A stretch of DNA of 64,000 nt from Candidatus Aenigmatarchaeota archaeon (GTDB lineage Archaea > Aenigmatarchaeota > Aenigmatarchaeia > CG10238-14 > SCSR01). The stretch covers positions 68,821 to 132,820 of the forward strand of contig JACPJT010000007.1 in NCBI GenBank assembly GCA_016187415.1. The letters run 5' to 3'. Below the pieces are notes generated by a model, which worked only from the letters and a program-made list of their open reading frames with translations, searched no databases and had not been told where the DNA came from. The translations under genes and the position numbers were made by a program. This document shows positions 20,101 to 30,279 of the stretch, in pieces (positions within the stretch are counted from its first letter, which is position 1; each line of letters begins with the position of its first letter).

Positions 20101-22062
20101 ATGCCTGTAATCTCGCGCGAGTATAAGGAATTTTTAAAAGAGGAGGAACTGTCCAGAAGCCTGTCATTTTACGAAAGGCTGTGTCTGATTGCAGAAAAAT
20201 TCGCAGTCTTCCCGATGACCAAAGGCGTTGAGAATTCGTACAACGAAGCCATAAGTTTCTCGCATCTCAATGTCAAGCCGAAAGGCGCGTATTCTCTGGC
20301 GTTCCTTAGTGTATTGGGTATCATCCTAGCCTTCGTGGGTTTCACGATTTTAATCAACTCATTTTCTTTTGCTTCTGTAGTCCTTTCGCTTTTGTTGGCC
20401 GGCATAGCATTTTATTTTGTCGTCAGCTACCCGACGCATCACGCCACAGTGTTCAGGATCAACGCATCGTCCGAAATGGTCTTGGCGACAATTTACATGA
20501 GCATAGCGATGCACATCTCCCCGAATCTGGAGAATGCCGTCAGGTTCGCCGCCAGAAACCTCAAAGGGTCGTTGGCGACAGACCTTAGGGTATTGTTATG
20601 GGAGGTCTACACAAGAAAATATGAAAAAATAGAAGACGCTCTGGATTACTTTATTAAAAAGTGGGAGCGGGACAGCAAGGAGTTCACAGAATCCATATAC
20701 CTGATTAAAAATTCGACTGCAGAATCCCAGGAGAAACGAGAAAGGTTTTTGGACGAAGCGGTAACCGTGATGTTGGACGGCACCAAGGAAAAAATGAGGG
20801 ATTATTCGCGCCAATTGAAAGAACCTGTCACAATCCTAAATGCCATGGGAATACTGCTGCCGATAATAGGCCTGGTTTTTTTTCCCATCATGACCATATT
20901 CCTGCCGGGGCTGATCAAGCCATTGTTCTTGATACTGGGATATAATGTCTTCCTTCCGTTGATTGTCTTCCTTTTCATGAACAGTTATTTGGAGAGCAGG
21001 CCATACAGCTTCCACCAGCCCGACCTGAGCATACACCCGGATTTCATTGTTACAAAGTTATATGAAAGACCATATACGATACCGTTGCTGCTTTCGCTCC
21101 CGTTGATAGGTTTAGGACTGGCTGGCATACTTGGCGAAACGGAAGTTTTCAGTTTTCCCGCTCTGATGTATTCCATGCTAGTTACTCTGGGGATATTGCT
21201 TGGAATAATTTCATATAGCTATCTTTCAGTCAAGCGAAAACTGAAGATAAGGGACGAGATTACGGCAATCGAGACCGAATTTTCAGAGGCGCTATTTCAG
21301 CTGGGAAATATGCTGTTACGCGGCATACCTTTTGAGACTGCATTGAAAAAAACCAAAAATGAAATCAAGAATCTAAAAATATCGCAATTCTTCAACAAAA
21401 TATCCTACAATATAGAAACTTTCGGCATGACATTTGAAAACGCAGTATTCGACAAGCAGTCCGGCGCAATAAATTATTACCCGTCCAACATAATAGCGTC
21501 GATAATGCATGTCGTGGTTGAGACTTCCAAAAAGGGCATGCAAAGCGCGTCAAAATCAATGATCATAGTCTCGAAATATCTCAAGGACATGCACGAGGTT
21601 GACGAGGAACTGAAGAGCCTTCTGGAGGAAGTGTCATCGACAATGAACATACAGGCGGTTCTGTTGGCTCCTCTAAGCGCGGGCGTTGTCGTCACCATAG
21701 CCACTGTCATGACACGTCTTCTGGTAACCTTGGGCAAGACATTCAGCCAGGTGTATTCCAACATCGGTATCCCGCTCGGTTCGCCGAACGAAGTAGGCAC
21801 CAGCGCGCTGTCGTCAATAGCGAACATAAGTTCTATCTTACCAATCCATTTCTTCCAGCTTGTTGTCGGCGTGTATTTGGTGGAGATAGTGACGATAATC
21901 GCAATCACGCTAAGCACCATCACAAACGGCGAAGAGACCCTGCTGAAAAGATTTTCAATAGCAAAGACACTTCTTTACAGCGGTGCGGTTTACTTCATAA
22001 CGCTTCTGTTCACTTACTACATGTTCACTTCGGTGATATCTTTGGACAAGTTATTAACATAA
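20101..22062 (+). CDS. TadC/FlaJ-like membrane platform protein
   Basis: Two helical cytoplasmic domains (NLENAVRFAA; GIPFETAL) with TM bundles; downstream of the ATPase. Confidence 0.85.
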   Translation: MPVISREYKEFLKEEELSRSLSFYERLCLIAEKFAVFPMTKGVENSYNEAISFSHLNVKPKGAYSLAFLSVLGIILAFVGFTILINSFSFASVVLSLLLAGIAFYFVVSYPTHHATVFRINASSEMVLATIYMSIAMHISPNLENAVRFAARNLKGSLATDLRVLLWEVYTRKYEKIEDALDYFIKKWERDSKEFTESIYLIKNSTAESQEKRERFLDEAVTVMLDGTKEKMRDYSRQLKEPVTILNAMGILLPIIGLVFFPIMTIFLPGLIKPLFLILGYNVFLPLIVFLFMNSYLESRPYSFHQPDLSIHPDFIVTKLYERPYTIPLLLSLPLIGLGLAGILGETEVFSFPALMYSMLVTLGILLGIISYSYLSVKRKLKIRDEITAIETEFSEALFQLGNMLLRGIPFETALKKTKNEIKNLKISQFFNKISYNIETFGMTFENAVFDKQSGAINYYPSNIIASIMHVVVETSKKGMQSASKSMIIVSKYLKDMHEVDEELKSLLEEVSSTMNIQAVLLAPLSAGVVVTIATVMTRLLVTLGKTFSQVYSNIGIPLGSPNEVGTSALSSIANISSILPIHFFQLVVGVYLVEIVTIIAITLSTITNGEETLLKRFSIAKTLLYSGAVYFITLLFTYYMFTSVISLDKLLT

Positions 22063-22078
22063 AATCCGAAATAAAATT

Positions 22079-22192
22079 ATGCGTAAAGCCCAAATTGAAT
22101 CCAAGATGATATGGATTATTATCATGTTGGCTATAGCATTGCTGGTAATCCTGGCGGCGTACGGCTCGACACAATTATTCAAGGGCGGATAA
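22079..22192 (+). CDS. 37-aa mini-pilin (absent from the ORF track)
   Basis: MRKAQIESKMIWIIIMLAIALLVILAAYGSTQLFKGG*; RKA|Q class III site; fills the gap exactly. Confidence 0.7.
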   Translation: MRKAQIESKMIWIIIMLAIALLVILAAYGSTQLFKGG

Positions 22193-22194
22193 AA

Positions 22195-22377
22195 ATGGAC
22201 AAAGGGACTTTCAGTTTGGGGATGGGTATCATAGTGTCGCTAGTACTCGCGTTTATAGCACTGATTCTCATCTGGTACTTTCACGAAAAGATTTTTGCCG
22301 TCTTTAGCGGTTTATTGCTGGAAGGACTGAAAGGTTACATGTGCAGCCTTATTCATGTGCCGTTCATATGCGGATGA
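22195..22377 (+). CDS. Small pilin-like protein
   Basis: MDKG|TFSLGMGIIVSLVLAFIALILIW; ATG 2 nt after the previous stop. Confidence 0.65.
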   Translation: MDKGTFSLGMGIIVSLVLAFIALILIWYFHEKIFAVFSGLLLEGLKGYMCSLIHVPFICG

Positions 22378-22411
22378 AATCGTTTTATTATTATTCCACC
22401 AAGTAATATCA

Positions 22412-24109
22412 ATGTCTAAAGCAGCTGTTAACGTTGTGGTTGCAATTGTTTTGGGGGTTCTTGTCATAGCCATCGGCGGTAGTCTTTTGCTCCAAACGCC
22501 GTCTCTTTGGAACAACATTCTTGATTTTTTGAAGGGGAAAGTAGCAGATTTTTTCATTCCGTCAGAAGGAAAGGCGCTGCATATAAAAGTCCATAGAGTT
22601 TCGCAACCAACATTACCGGTGATAGGATCACTACTAACAACTCCGATTAAAACAAGTACAGTAGACGAGGTATGGGATTTCAGACTATTCGACAAAACGG
22701 CATCTAAAAAAGTACTTTCCGGTAACGGTCAATATTTCATGATAGACACGAACTCGGTTACTAATAATTGTCTTTTATATATCACAGACGTGAGGGATAC
22801 AATAGTAGGTTCGCGTGATAAAGGATTTATAATTTATGTTAAACCAGGCGCTTATATCGACTATACCAGTCAGTCATTGTCTAACACGATTCCAACAAAT
22901 TTTATAGATTCATCTAAAACTGGATGTTTGATTGGATGGGGGACAGACGCAAATTGCAATCTTTGTCACACAGTTAAAGATGTCACTTGCCCATTCCCGA
23001 GTTTTCTGACTTTAGATACCCAATGCGTTGAAAATGCTAAATGCGAAGGTAAAAAAAATTACATCATTTGCAACCCATCTGATTTATACACCGGGTTTGC
23101 AAACGGATGCATAGGTTCGAATGAAGGCATGACCCCCTTAACTAATGCTATGAACATAGCATTCAATTCTTATTTGCCATCAAATAGTTGGAAAGAAACA
23201 TGCCAGAACGGGGGATGCGGTCTTTTGTCAGGCGACAAAGCCAGTCCAACATTCCAAGTCAAATACGGCCTTGTATGTTCGGACGGCGGCACATGGAAAG
23301 TATGTAAAAATCCGAAAGATAGTACAGCTTTTGTCAACAACCAAAAAATCGATTGTCTTCCATCTGGAGACCATTTCGATTGGAATAGAGTTTCCATAAA
23401 TCAGGCGTTGGGTATATCGTCACCCGCACCGCTACAAAAACCAGCTCTAATTTCGCCACTAGACGCTTCTGTAGTAGAACCGAGTACTGCTATCGGACCG
23501 TCTTCGCTTAACTTAGAATGGATGCAAGTATCTGGTGCACTTTCATATAAGTGGTACGTGAATGAAAATCCGAATAGACAAGAAAATGGAGAAAAGGTCG
23601 GTAGTTGTATCAAGCCAAACTCGAATAGTTTGGAATTAGATTATGCGACTGGAGAGCAATTTATGGTAGTTAGATCAAGTGCCCTGGAGACGCCGTTATC
23701 AGGTTCAGCTAAGACGTGGTTTTGGTCTGTAGAAGCCTGTGAAACCGACTCGTGCAATACATGCAGTGGTTATGCGCAAGAAAGAAGTTTCAAGACATCA
23801 AGCCTGGTTGTAACACCAACCACAATTCCAGTAAATACACCGATAAAAATCTCTATGGAGGCTATTGGTGATAATGTTGATCAGATATCTAGATTAACTG
23901 TAAACTATGGTGGTAAGTGGAATGACTGTTATTGCGACGGTTCAGTTCCGGGAAAAGCGTGTACGCAGTCGAATCCAACACAGTGCAGTAATACATGGGA
24001 TACAACAGAAACCACCATAGGAGCACATACGTATTATGGTAAAGTCTTTTATAGCAACGGAAAAGATGTAGATACACTGCCCAGCCAGATCAGCGTAACC
24101 GTACAATAA
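22412..24109 (+). CDS. Large Cys-rich pilin-like adhesin
   Basis: MSKA|AVNVVVAIVLGVLVIAIG; many Cys; beta-rich C-terminus. Confidence 0.7.
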   Translation: MSKAAVNVVVAIVLGVLVIAIGGSLLLQTPSLWNNILDFLKGKVADFFIPSEGKALHIKVHRVSQPTLPVIGSLLTTPIKTSTVDEVWDFRLFDKTASKKVLSGNGQYFMIDTNSVTNNCLLYITDVRDTIVGSRDKGFIIYVKPGAYIDYTSQSLSNTIPTNFIDSSKTGCLIGWGTDANCNLCHTVKDVTCPFPSFLTLDTQCVENAKCEGKKNYIICNPSDLYTGFANGCIGSNEGMTPLTNAMNIAFNSYLPSNSWKETCQNGGCGLLSGDKASPTFQVKYGLVCSDGGTWKVCKNPKDSTAFVNNQKIDCLPSGDHFDWNRVSINQALGISSPAPLQKPALISPLDASVVEPSTAIGPSSLNLEWMQVSGALSYKWYVNENPNRQENGEKVGSCIKPNSNSLELDYATGEQFMVVRSSALETPLSGSAKTWFWSVEACETDSCNTCSGYAQERSFKTSSLVVTPTTIPVNTPIKISMEAIGDNVDQISRLTVNYGGKWNDCYCDGSVPGKACTQSNPTQCSNTWDTTETTIGAHTYYGKVFYSNGKDVDTLPSQISVTVQ

Positions 24110-24160
24110 CGCAAAATGCTTAAATATAATCCAAAACAAATATTAAATCAAGTGAAATTA

Positions 24161-24442
24161 ATGAAGAAAGCCGTTGCAGTCCCTTATATCATAGCCATCG
24201 TTCTCGGTATTGTTGTTATAGGACTTATTGGTTATTGGTTGTTCTTTTCCGGAGGAATTTTGGGAACAAATGCGTCAGAAACAAGATGCAATTCAGATGT
24301 GTTGAACTTCTGTAATACTATGCTCTCAGGTCAGACGGCAACAAAGGACTGGAAACAAACCGATAGTTGTAAAGGTGTAGGAAAATACGCTAGCCTATCC
24401 GCTTCCGATTGCAGGGCGCTCGGAGTTAACATACCAGGTTAA
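24161..24442 (+). CDS. Pilin-like protein
   Basis: MKKA|VAVPYIIAIVLGIVV; paralog of 19771. Confidence 0.75.
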   Translation: MKKAVAVPYIIAIVLGIVVIGLIGYWLFFSGGILGTNASETRCNSDVLNFCNTMLSGQTATKDWKQTDSCKGVGKYASLSASDCRALGVNIPG

Positions 24443-24483
24443 CATACCAAATTCATTTCTTTAAGAAACTAATAATCTTATAC

Positions 24484-24540
24484 ATGTCCAAAGCGGTAGC
24501 TGTCCAAGCTATCTTCCTGATAATTGTCATATTTAAATAA
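24484..24540 (+). pseudogene. Truncated 5' copy of the pilin gene at 25518
   Basis: MSKAVAVQAIFLIIVIFK*; first 13 residues identical to the 25518 protein. Confidence 0.75.
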
Positions 24541-24563
24541 CAACCGTCATAATTTTATTACAT

Positions 24564-25103
24564 ATGTTACAAAATTATAACAAGTGGTCTGTGCTAAAAA
24601 TATTTTTTGATGACCCGTACCCGAAGGGAGACGGATTTCAACTACGAGAAATCAGTAGAAAGGTGAGATTGTCTACACCTTCTGTCAAAAAATACCTCAG
24701 CGAGTTGGTAAAAGAAGAGCTTATTATAAAATCTAAGCACCGGATACACGATTACCCATTATACACCGCTAATAGGGACAGCGAGAAGTTCCTCTTCTTG
24801 AAAAAAATCGACAATTTAATGTCTTTGGAAGAATCTGGTCTGTTAGAATTTCTGGAAAGAGCGTGTACGCCTGATGCAATAATTCTTTTTGGTTCTGCGT
24901 CTAGGGGGGAAGATACAAAAGTCAGTGATATAGATTTGTTTTTGCTGTGCAACGAAACTAGTCTTGATCTATCAGAATACGAAAAAAAGCTAGATAGGAA
25001 AATAAATTTGCTTTTCGCAGAGAATTTCCATGGTCTTAGCAAAGAACTCCGAAATAATATAATGAACGGTATAATATTGAAGGGGTATTTGAAGGTGTTT
25101 TAA
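24564..25103 (+). CDS. wHTH + minimal nucleotidyltransferase (MNT antitoxin)
   Basis: LREISRKVRLSTPSV HTH; LFGSASRGEDTKVSDIDL. Confidence 0.9.
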   Translation: MLQNYNKWSVLKIFFDDPYPKGDGFQLREISRKVRLSTPSVKKYLSELVKEELIIKSKHRIHDYPLYTANRDSEKFLFLKKIDNLMSLEESGLLEFLERACTPDAIILFGSASRGEDTKVSDIDLFLLCNETSLDLSEYEKKLDRKINLLFAENFHGLSKELRNNIMNGIILKGYLKVF

Positions 25104-25516
25104 TGCATGATGGATTGATAAAAATAAGGCCAGATAAATATAGAGCCAAGTCCGTCCTTAAAATGAGTGAAACTACTCTGGAGATGATTAGAAGTATAGA
25201 CTCAAAGAAATTTCCCTCTATTATAATAAAAGAATATTATGAAGTCATAAGAAGTTTGATTACTGCTATTTTAATAGCAGACGGTTTTAAAACAGAAGGC
25301 GAAGGCGCGCATAAGAAGCTTATAGAGTATCTAAATTCGAACTACAAAGAATTTTCCCAATATGAGATTTCAACTATAGACAATCTTAGAATAATGAGAA
25401 ACAAGATAGCCTATGAAGGATTTTTTGTGAACGAGTCCTACCTAAAGAGAAAGAAAGAACTTATATCTACAATAATAGAGAAACTGGAAAAAATATTAAA
25501 GGAGAAACTTATTTAA
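25103..25516 (+). CDS. HEPN-domain protein (putative RNase toxin)
   Basis: Coupled to MNT (TAATG); GEGAH and RNKIAY (Rx4Y variant of Rx4H). Confidence 0.8.
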   Translation: MHDGLIKIRPDKYRAKSVLKMSETTLEMIRSIDSKKFPSIIIKEYYEVIRSLITAILIADGFKTEGEGAHKKLIEYLNSNYKEFSQYEISTIDNLRIMRNKIAYEGFFVNESYLKRKKELISTIIEKLEKILKEKLI

Positions 25517-25517
25517 C

Positions 25518-25784
25518 ATGTCCAAAGCCGTTGCAGTCCAAGCGATTTTCCTAATAGCAGTAATAGCAATTACTTTACTGTTCGTCTTGGCAATATTCTG
25601 GGGATGGATTGACACCACGAAACTCGGCACAAGCCAGGCAACATGTTCCGCCAAAAAGGTCAGCTATTGCAGCAGCATCTTGAACGACAGGCCGAAACCA
25701 TTCGTCTGGAACACTAAAGAGCCAATCAACTGCGACCAATTCGGAATAAAAAAACCGATTAATAAAGCAGATTGTCAGCAATAA
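25518..25784 (+). CDS. Pilin-like protein
   Basis: MSKA|VAVQAIFLIAVIAITLL; four Cys. Confidence 0.75.
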   Translation: MSKAVAVQAIFLIAVIAITLLFVLAIFWGWIDTTKLGTSQATCSAKKVSYCSSILNDRPKPFVWNTKEPINCDQFGIKKPINKADCQQ

Positions 25785-25808
25785 TTTAACGGAAAACAAA
25801 ATAATATC

Positions 25809-26189
25809 ATGAAAGCAAGTGCTGTCACAGAGGCAATCACCCTTGTAGGCGTGGTAACCGTAAGCGTCATGATGTTTTCCCAGGTGCCGGGCATAATCAC
25901 TGATATGAAGATTGTATTGTCAAAAGAGTCGTCTCTTTCAAAAGTGAAGGAAATATCAAGCCTGATAAGCATAGCCAGCAGTTCTCCGTCCGATATGAAA
26001 ATAGTCTACGACCTGAAGGAAAAGTCAAGCGTGTCATCGAAGGACGGCATACTGACTCTGACAACGTCCAAAGGCACGATTTCGTACAAGACCCTGAGCG
26101 ACCTGAAGGATTTCACAAAAGTTGATGTCGACAAACTTACTATAATTAAAACCATACAAGACGGGAAAGTAACAGTCGAGGTTATTTAA
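25809..26189 (+). CDS. Minor pilin-like protein
   Basis: MKA|SAVTEAITLVGVV. Confidence 0.65.
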   Translation: MKASAVTEAITLVGVVTVSVMMFSQVPGIITDMKIVLSKESSLSKVKEISSLISIASSSPSDMKIVYDLKEKSSVSSKDGILTLTTSKGTISYKTLSDLKDFTKVDVDKLTIIKTIQDGKVTVEVI

Positions 26190-26695
26190 TGAAGGCGCAG
26201 GCTTACATAGAGCAACTATTTTCAATCATGATGGCAGGCGTTGTCGTGCTGACATTCTCTTTGATAATCCCGAGCCAGGCCACCAAGATAATGCCCGAGG
26301 TCGAACAGGAGGAGTTGGAAGGCAGGGCGATCAATTTGGCAAACATAATCATGTCACACCCCAGCTTGGTTTATTCCGATGGCGTGACTTACTACAGGGG
26401 AGATTTTGATGCAAATAAGCTGGACTCGAATCCTTCAATAGATTTATTTTATCCAGGCAGTTTTTCAAAAGTCACGATAAAGGATTCGGTTACCGGAAAG
26501 GAATGGTCATTCAAGTTAATCGATAAAAAAAGCGATTCGGCAACCGCCTTCTCAAATTGTTTTGAAAGAACACAAGACATCAGCCAGTGCAATCCAAACA
26601 TGTTTTCTACAATAATGTCCAAAGGATTTCCAATCAACATAATGTATTCGGACAAGGCTGATCGAGGCATCATTACAGTTGTTGTGGTGGAATGA
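26189..26695 (+). CDS. Minor pilin-like protein
   Basis: MKA|QAYIEQLFSIMMAGVVVL. Confidence 0.7.
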   Translation: MKAQAYIEQLFSIMMAGVVVLTFSLIIPSQATKIMPEVEQEELEGRAINLANIIMSHPSLVYSDGVTYYRGDFDANKLDSNPSIDLFYPGSFSKVTIKDSVTGKEWSFKLIDKKSDSATAFSNCFERTQDISQCNPNMFSTIMSKGFPINIMYSDKADRGIITVVVVE

Positions 26696-27183
26696 AAGGA
26701 CAATTGACCGGCTCGCCGGTTTTCATGGGTCTGATAGTGGTAGTCTCATTGATAGTGATCATCGTCACGCCACCGTCTGTAATCAAGGTAACTATTGACA
26801 AGGAAACCGCATTCACATATAATCTGGAAAATGTCCACCACACAATACTTTCAATTCTGTCCAACAAGGAGATGTACGAAAAGATTGGCATAGACATCAC
26901 AATTGACACAGGAACAAACCTTGATGCGATTGAAGGATTGCTAAAGGACCAATTTACAAACGGATATTGCATGTCCATATTCCGGCCAAGCACGACATTC
27001 ACAACCTATGCGATTCTTACCGGCTACGAAAATATACCTACAGCAAGTTCTCTGGGAACGTTGAAGACACTCTTGGGGAATTGCGCGTCGCTTGATGCTG
27101 GCTCCAATACAATCTTGGTTTTGCCTTACAGGCCGCCAGACAAAAATAACCTAGTTGAAATTATTAGGGTTGGTAAAAAATGA
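26692..27183 (+). CDS. Minor pilin-like protein
   Basis: MKG|QLTGSPVFMGLIVVV. Confidence 0.7.
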   Translation: MKGQLTGSPVFMGLIVVVSLIVIIVTPPSVIKVTIDKETAFTYNLENVHHTILSILSNKEMYEKIGIDITIDTGTNLDAIEGLLKDQFTNGYCMSIFRPSTTFTTYAILTGYENIPTASSLGTLKTLLGNCASLDAGSNTILVLPYRPPDKNNLVEIIRVGKK

Positions 27184-28232
27184 AAGCGAATGTGGCACTA
27201 GTTGCGCTGGTTTCCATAGCAAGCGTTTTGACAATAGTCGGCGTCTTTTCTTTCAGCATAGCGTATCAAACAGACACGGTTGAAAGGAGCATAAAGGAAC
27301 GCGGGATGATAGAGGTAATAAACCAGGTTGAATTTATCAAAGCGGCATTGCACCATGCGGTAGACTATTCTGTATACCAGTCGGCATACGAACTTTCCAA
27401 ATACGGGGGATACGACAGTTGCACAGTACCAGATGCGGGAGGGTTCAAGACGGATTTGCCGTATTGGAGGATACGTGACGCATGCTCCACGGACCAGTTC
27501 AAGGACAAGCTATCGAAAAGAGTAAATGAATTGTACCAACTCTACCTCAGTGCGATAAACAAGAAACTGGTTGGAGGTAACTTCCAGATACCAGACTATT
27601 CACCGCCCCAGATAAATGTTTTGGAGAATTCGTTGGATATTCTTGCGCAGGCTAAAGATAAAATTAATTTTAAAAGTTCAGATACGGGGCTTTCTGATAA
27701 CGGGGATATAAAAGAAAGTGTGAGAATCGAATTGGGAAAATTATTGTCAACAGGCGATCAGCTGTTCGTCCAGAGGGACGCTGTAGGGGATAAAATAAAT
27801 GGTGCAGAAAGCTCTATGAGCGGCAGTTGCAGGAGCACATATCAGGACGTATGCGGTTCGGCATATGCGGTAGCGATACCACCCTCTCAAGAATGCGTTT
27901 CACAATTTGCGTCTAACGTAAAATCCAGCATCAAGACTTTGGAAACCGAGACACAGGATTTGAAATTAACATTCTCGGATGATGATATCAAGGCAAAATA
28001 CGCAACACCGATAAAAAAGGATCCTGCCATAGCCATAGGCACCTGCAGTTGTTCGGATGAAGGTTGCTCAACATTATACAGAATTACATTCACGTATCAT
28101 TACATAGCCAGTGCAGACATCAAGGCAAGCATATCGGGCGATAAGATATATCCCGTGTTTGACAATGTCGACCAGAAAGCTGGCCTTAGGAATCTGGAAT
28201 TAAATTTCCGCGTCTTTTCTGAAAACAAATAG
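27180..28232 (+). CDS. Large minor pilin-like protein
   Basis: MKA|NVALVALVSIASVL; ATGA-coupled. Confidence 0.65.
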   Translation: MKANVALVALVSIASVLTIVGVFSFSIAYQTDTVERSIKERGMIEVINQVEFIKAALHHAVDYSVYQSAYELSKYGGYDSCTVPDAGGFKTDLPYWRIRDACSTDQFKDKLSKRVNELYQLYLSAINKKLVGGNFQIPDYSPPQINVLENSLDILAQAKDKINFKSSDTGLSDNGDIKESVRIELGKLLSTGDQLFVQRDAVGDKINGAESSMSGSCRSTYQDVCGSAYAVAIPPSQECVSQFASNVKSSIKTLETETQDLKLTFSDDDIKAKYATPIKKDPAIAIGTCSCSDEGCSTLYRITFTYHYIASADIKASISGDKIYPVFDNVDQKAGLRNLELNFRVFSENK

Positions 28233-28239
28233 TATTTTC

Positions 28240-30228
28240 TCAGCCGGCGTTATATTTGCAAATGCCATCGGCCCAAGTGCATTTCGATGATGATAATTTG
28301 TTGCAGTCATCCTGATTGAAGTTCTCGCATATAGGATATACTGCCAACGACTTTGTATCATCTATAGATCTGGTGGGGCAATAATACGGCAGAGACGAAT
28401 ATTGGTTATTTAACTCCCGTGCTTTTTGGTAATCTTCATTCGCAGATATCGTTAATTTCTTAACATCGGGTGATGTCGATTGAATTTGCGAGTACGTGTA
28501 ATCAATGTCAACTTTGACAGGCACTGTTTTTGATGGTCCGGTGACCTGGGAACTTGCAGAATCTTTAACATTTACATCGCAGGCAACGCTAACACTTCCC
28601 TTCCCAATTGATAATCCAACAGGCTTGGCGCAACTTGTTAAAGTAACACTTCCATCACTCAACAAGTTAATTTCTTTATCTTTCTCCAGCTTTGTCAAAT
28701 CTTTATCGTTAACAAAAACAGAAGTTGTAGTAACAATGCCATCGCCATCATTCCTAATATCTATGAACATTTTTTTGGCTATGCTTTTCCCGTCGAATGT
28801 ATGAATGCTTGGAACAAAATACGTTGTAACAGTGACGGGTCCTGCACTGCTTTTTATAGTCGGCGTTAATGCAGGTTTTGGTGCGGTTTTAGCTAAAAAG
28901 AATGCTCCACTGCCTTCCACACTGAAATCATAGGTCGACTTTAATTCTACCGTCGCCTTATCATTATCGGTGAAACAAAGGTTGTCCATAATGTTATAAT
29001 ATTGGTTCAATGTGCAATCACAGCTATTTTCGCCTGCATTATATCTATATTGTGCTACATCAACAGAACTTGCCACATCGGGCTTGATGGAATATTTGTA
29101 ATAGAATAAGTTCAGTGCATCCACACATGCTTGGCTACTCTTTGCTGCCTGATCGTTGTTGCATACTTTCTTAGCCTGGTCCTGATTTATGCCTTTAACA
29201 CTGACGCTTGACGGATAAAGTGGAACAAAACTCGGATCACCACCTACAACTTTTCGACAATCTATCTTATTTGTAAAGTCTATGGACACTGATCTTTCTT
29301 CTTCGGGTGAAATGTCGCCAATGCTAATTTTGCCGCTAGGCACACTACCGCACAATATCCTCTTGGTGCCGGTTCCGCTGTTTATGAAAATATTGCTGAT
29401 CGCGAAATTCTTCACAACCAATTTGGTGTCAATTTTATTCGGGTTTATGACAGAAACAGGCAGTACATAATCCAGTCTTGCGAACAATGTCGGCAACGAA
29501 TAGCTGTTGTCTCTGCTTCCAAATTTCAACTGAATTGCTTCAAATCCGCCCACCTTTTCAACTTTCGGCGTTAGTCCTGATGCCGATTGGATACATGCCG
29601 ATAATCCAGACGGCGATAAAACGTTTTTCATGTAGCAGGAGAATGTGTCTAATAATTCACCTATCTTACCAGTGGGGGATATTATGCGGCTCAACTCACC
29701 AGAATTAACCGTCCATCCAGTGGCAAATATCAGCATGAAAATTATTAATATCGTTCCGAAGCCAGTTGTGAAACTGCGTTTCGCAAGCAATAGGGCAATC
29801 CAGAAAGCCGTTGCTGCCGTAAACACATCTATTATGAAGCCGCTAAAGTTAGTCAGACTTGGTAATATGGTAGAAAGAATTAAGGATGCAACGCTTACAA
29901 GCCCGTCCCTGAATAAGGGCGATATCGAAAATATTATCAGTTCGAATATAATGGTGTATAAGATAGTTTTAATAATTTTCGCCGTATCGATTCCACCGCT
30001 AACCTTTGAAGACTTGTTAAGAAAGTCTAAAATTTTATTTTCTTCAGCCTTTTCAGGATTGGCGCTTTTCCCAGTATTTTGATTTTTCGACCATTTTTCA
30101 TATTCCCACTGGCCAAAAAGATCGTTAATTTTCTGCTTGTCAGCACCAGATTTCGCAAGCATGTCATTGGCGTCACCCCACCTTCCCGATAAGTACAGTT
30201 CTTTAGCTTTGTCTTCTATGTCCGCCAT
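28240..30228 (-). CDS. Membrane-anchored protein with large beta-rich extracellular domain
   Basis: TM cluster, then Cys-rich region with SAGPV, IRNDGDG and IDYTY motifs shared with the lipoproteins at 43-46 kb. Confidence 0.7.
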   Translation of the reverse strand: MADIEDKAKELYLSGRWGDANDMLAKSGADKQKINDLFGQWEYEKWSKNQNTGKSANPEKAEENKILDFLNKSSKVSGGIDTAKIIKTILYTIIFELIIFSISPLFRDGLVSVASLILSTILPSLTNFSGFIIDVFTAATAFWIALLLAKRSFTTGFGTILIIFMLIFATGWTVNSGELSRIISPTGKIGELLDTFSCYMKNVLSPSGLSACIQSASGLTPKVEKVGGFEAIQLKFGSRDNSYSLPTLFARLDYVLPVSVINPNKIDTKLVVKNFAISNIFINSGTGTKRILCGSVPSGKISIGDISPEEERSVSIDFTNKIDCRKVVGGDPSFVPLYPSSVSVKGINQDQAKKVCNNDQAAKSSQACVDALNLFYYKYSIKPDVASSVDVAQYRYNAGENSCDCTLNQYYNIMDNLCFTDNDKATVELKSTYDFSVEGSGAFFLAKTAPKPALTPTIKSSAGPVTVTTYFVPSIHTFDGKSIAKKMFIDIRNDGDGIVTTTSVFVNDKDLTKLEKDKEINLLSDGSVTLTSCAKPVGLSIGKGSVSVACDVNVKDSASSQVTGPSKTVPVKVDIDYTYSQIQSTSPDVKKLTISANEDYQKARELNNQYSSLPYYCPTRSIDDTKSLAVYPICENFNQDDCNKLSSSKCTWADGICKYNAG

Positions 30229-30279
30229 TACACTCTAATTAAATCTGTATTCTTAGAAATAAATTAAGCCAGTCCATTA

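Noticed and set aside
22111-22411. ORF-track starts at 22111 and 22355 (likewise 6075, 24116, 30777, 40555)
   Set aside because: Downstream ATGs give proper signal peptides or family N-termini and avoid overlaps
17533-28232. Archaellum operon
   Set aside because: No FlaH, FlaF/G, archaellin or chemotaxis genes recognised
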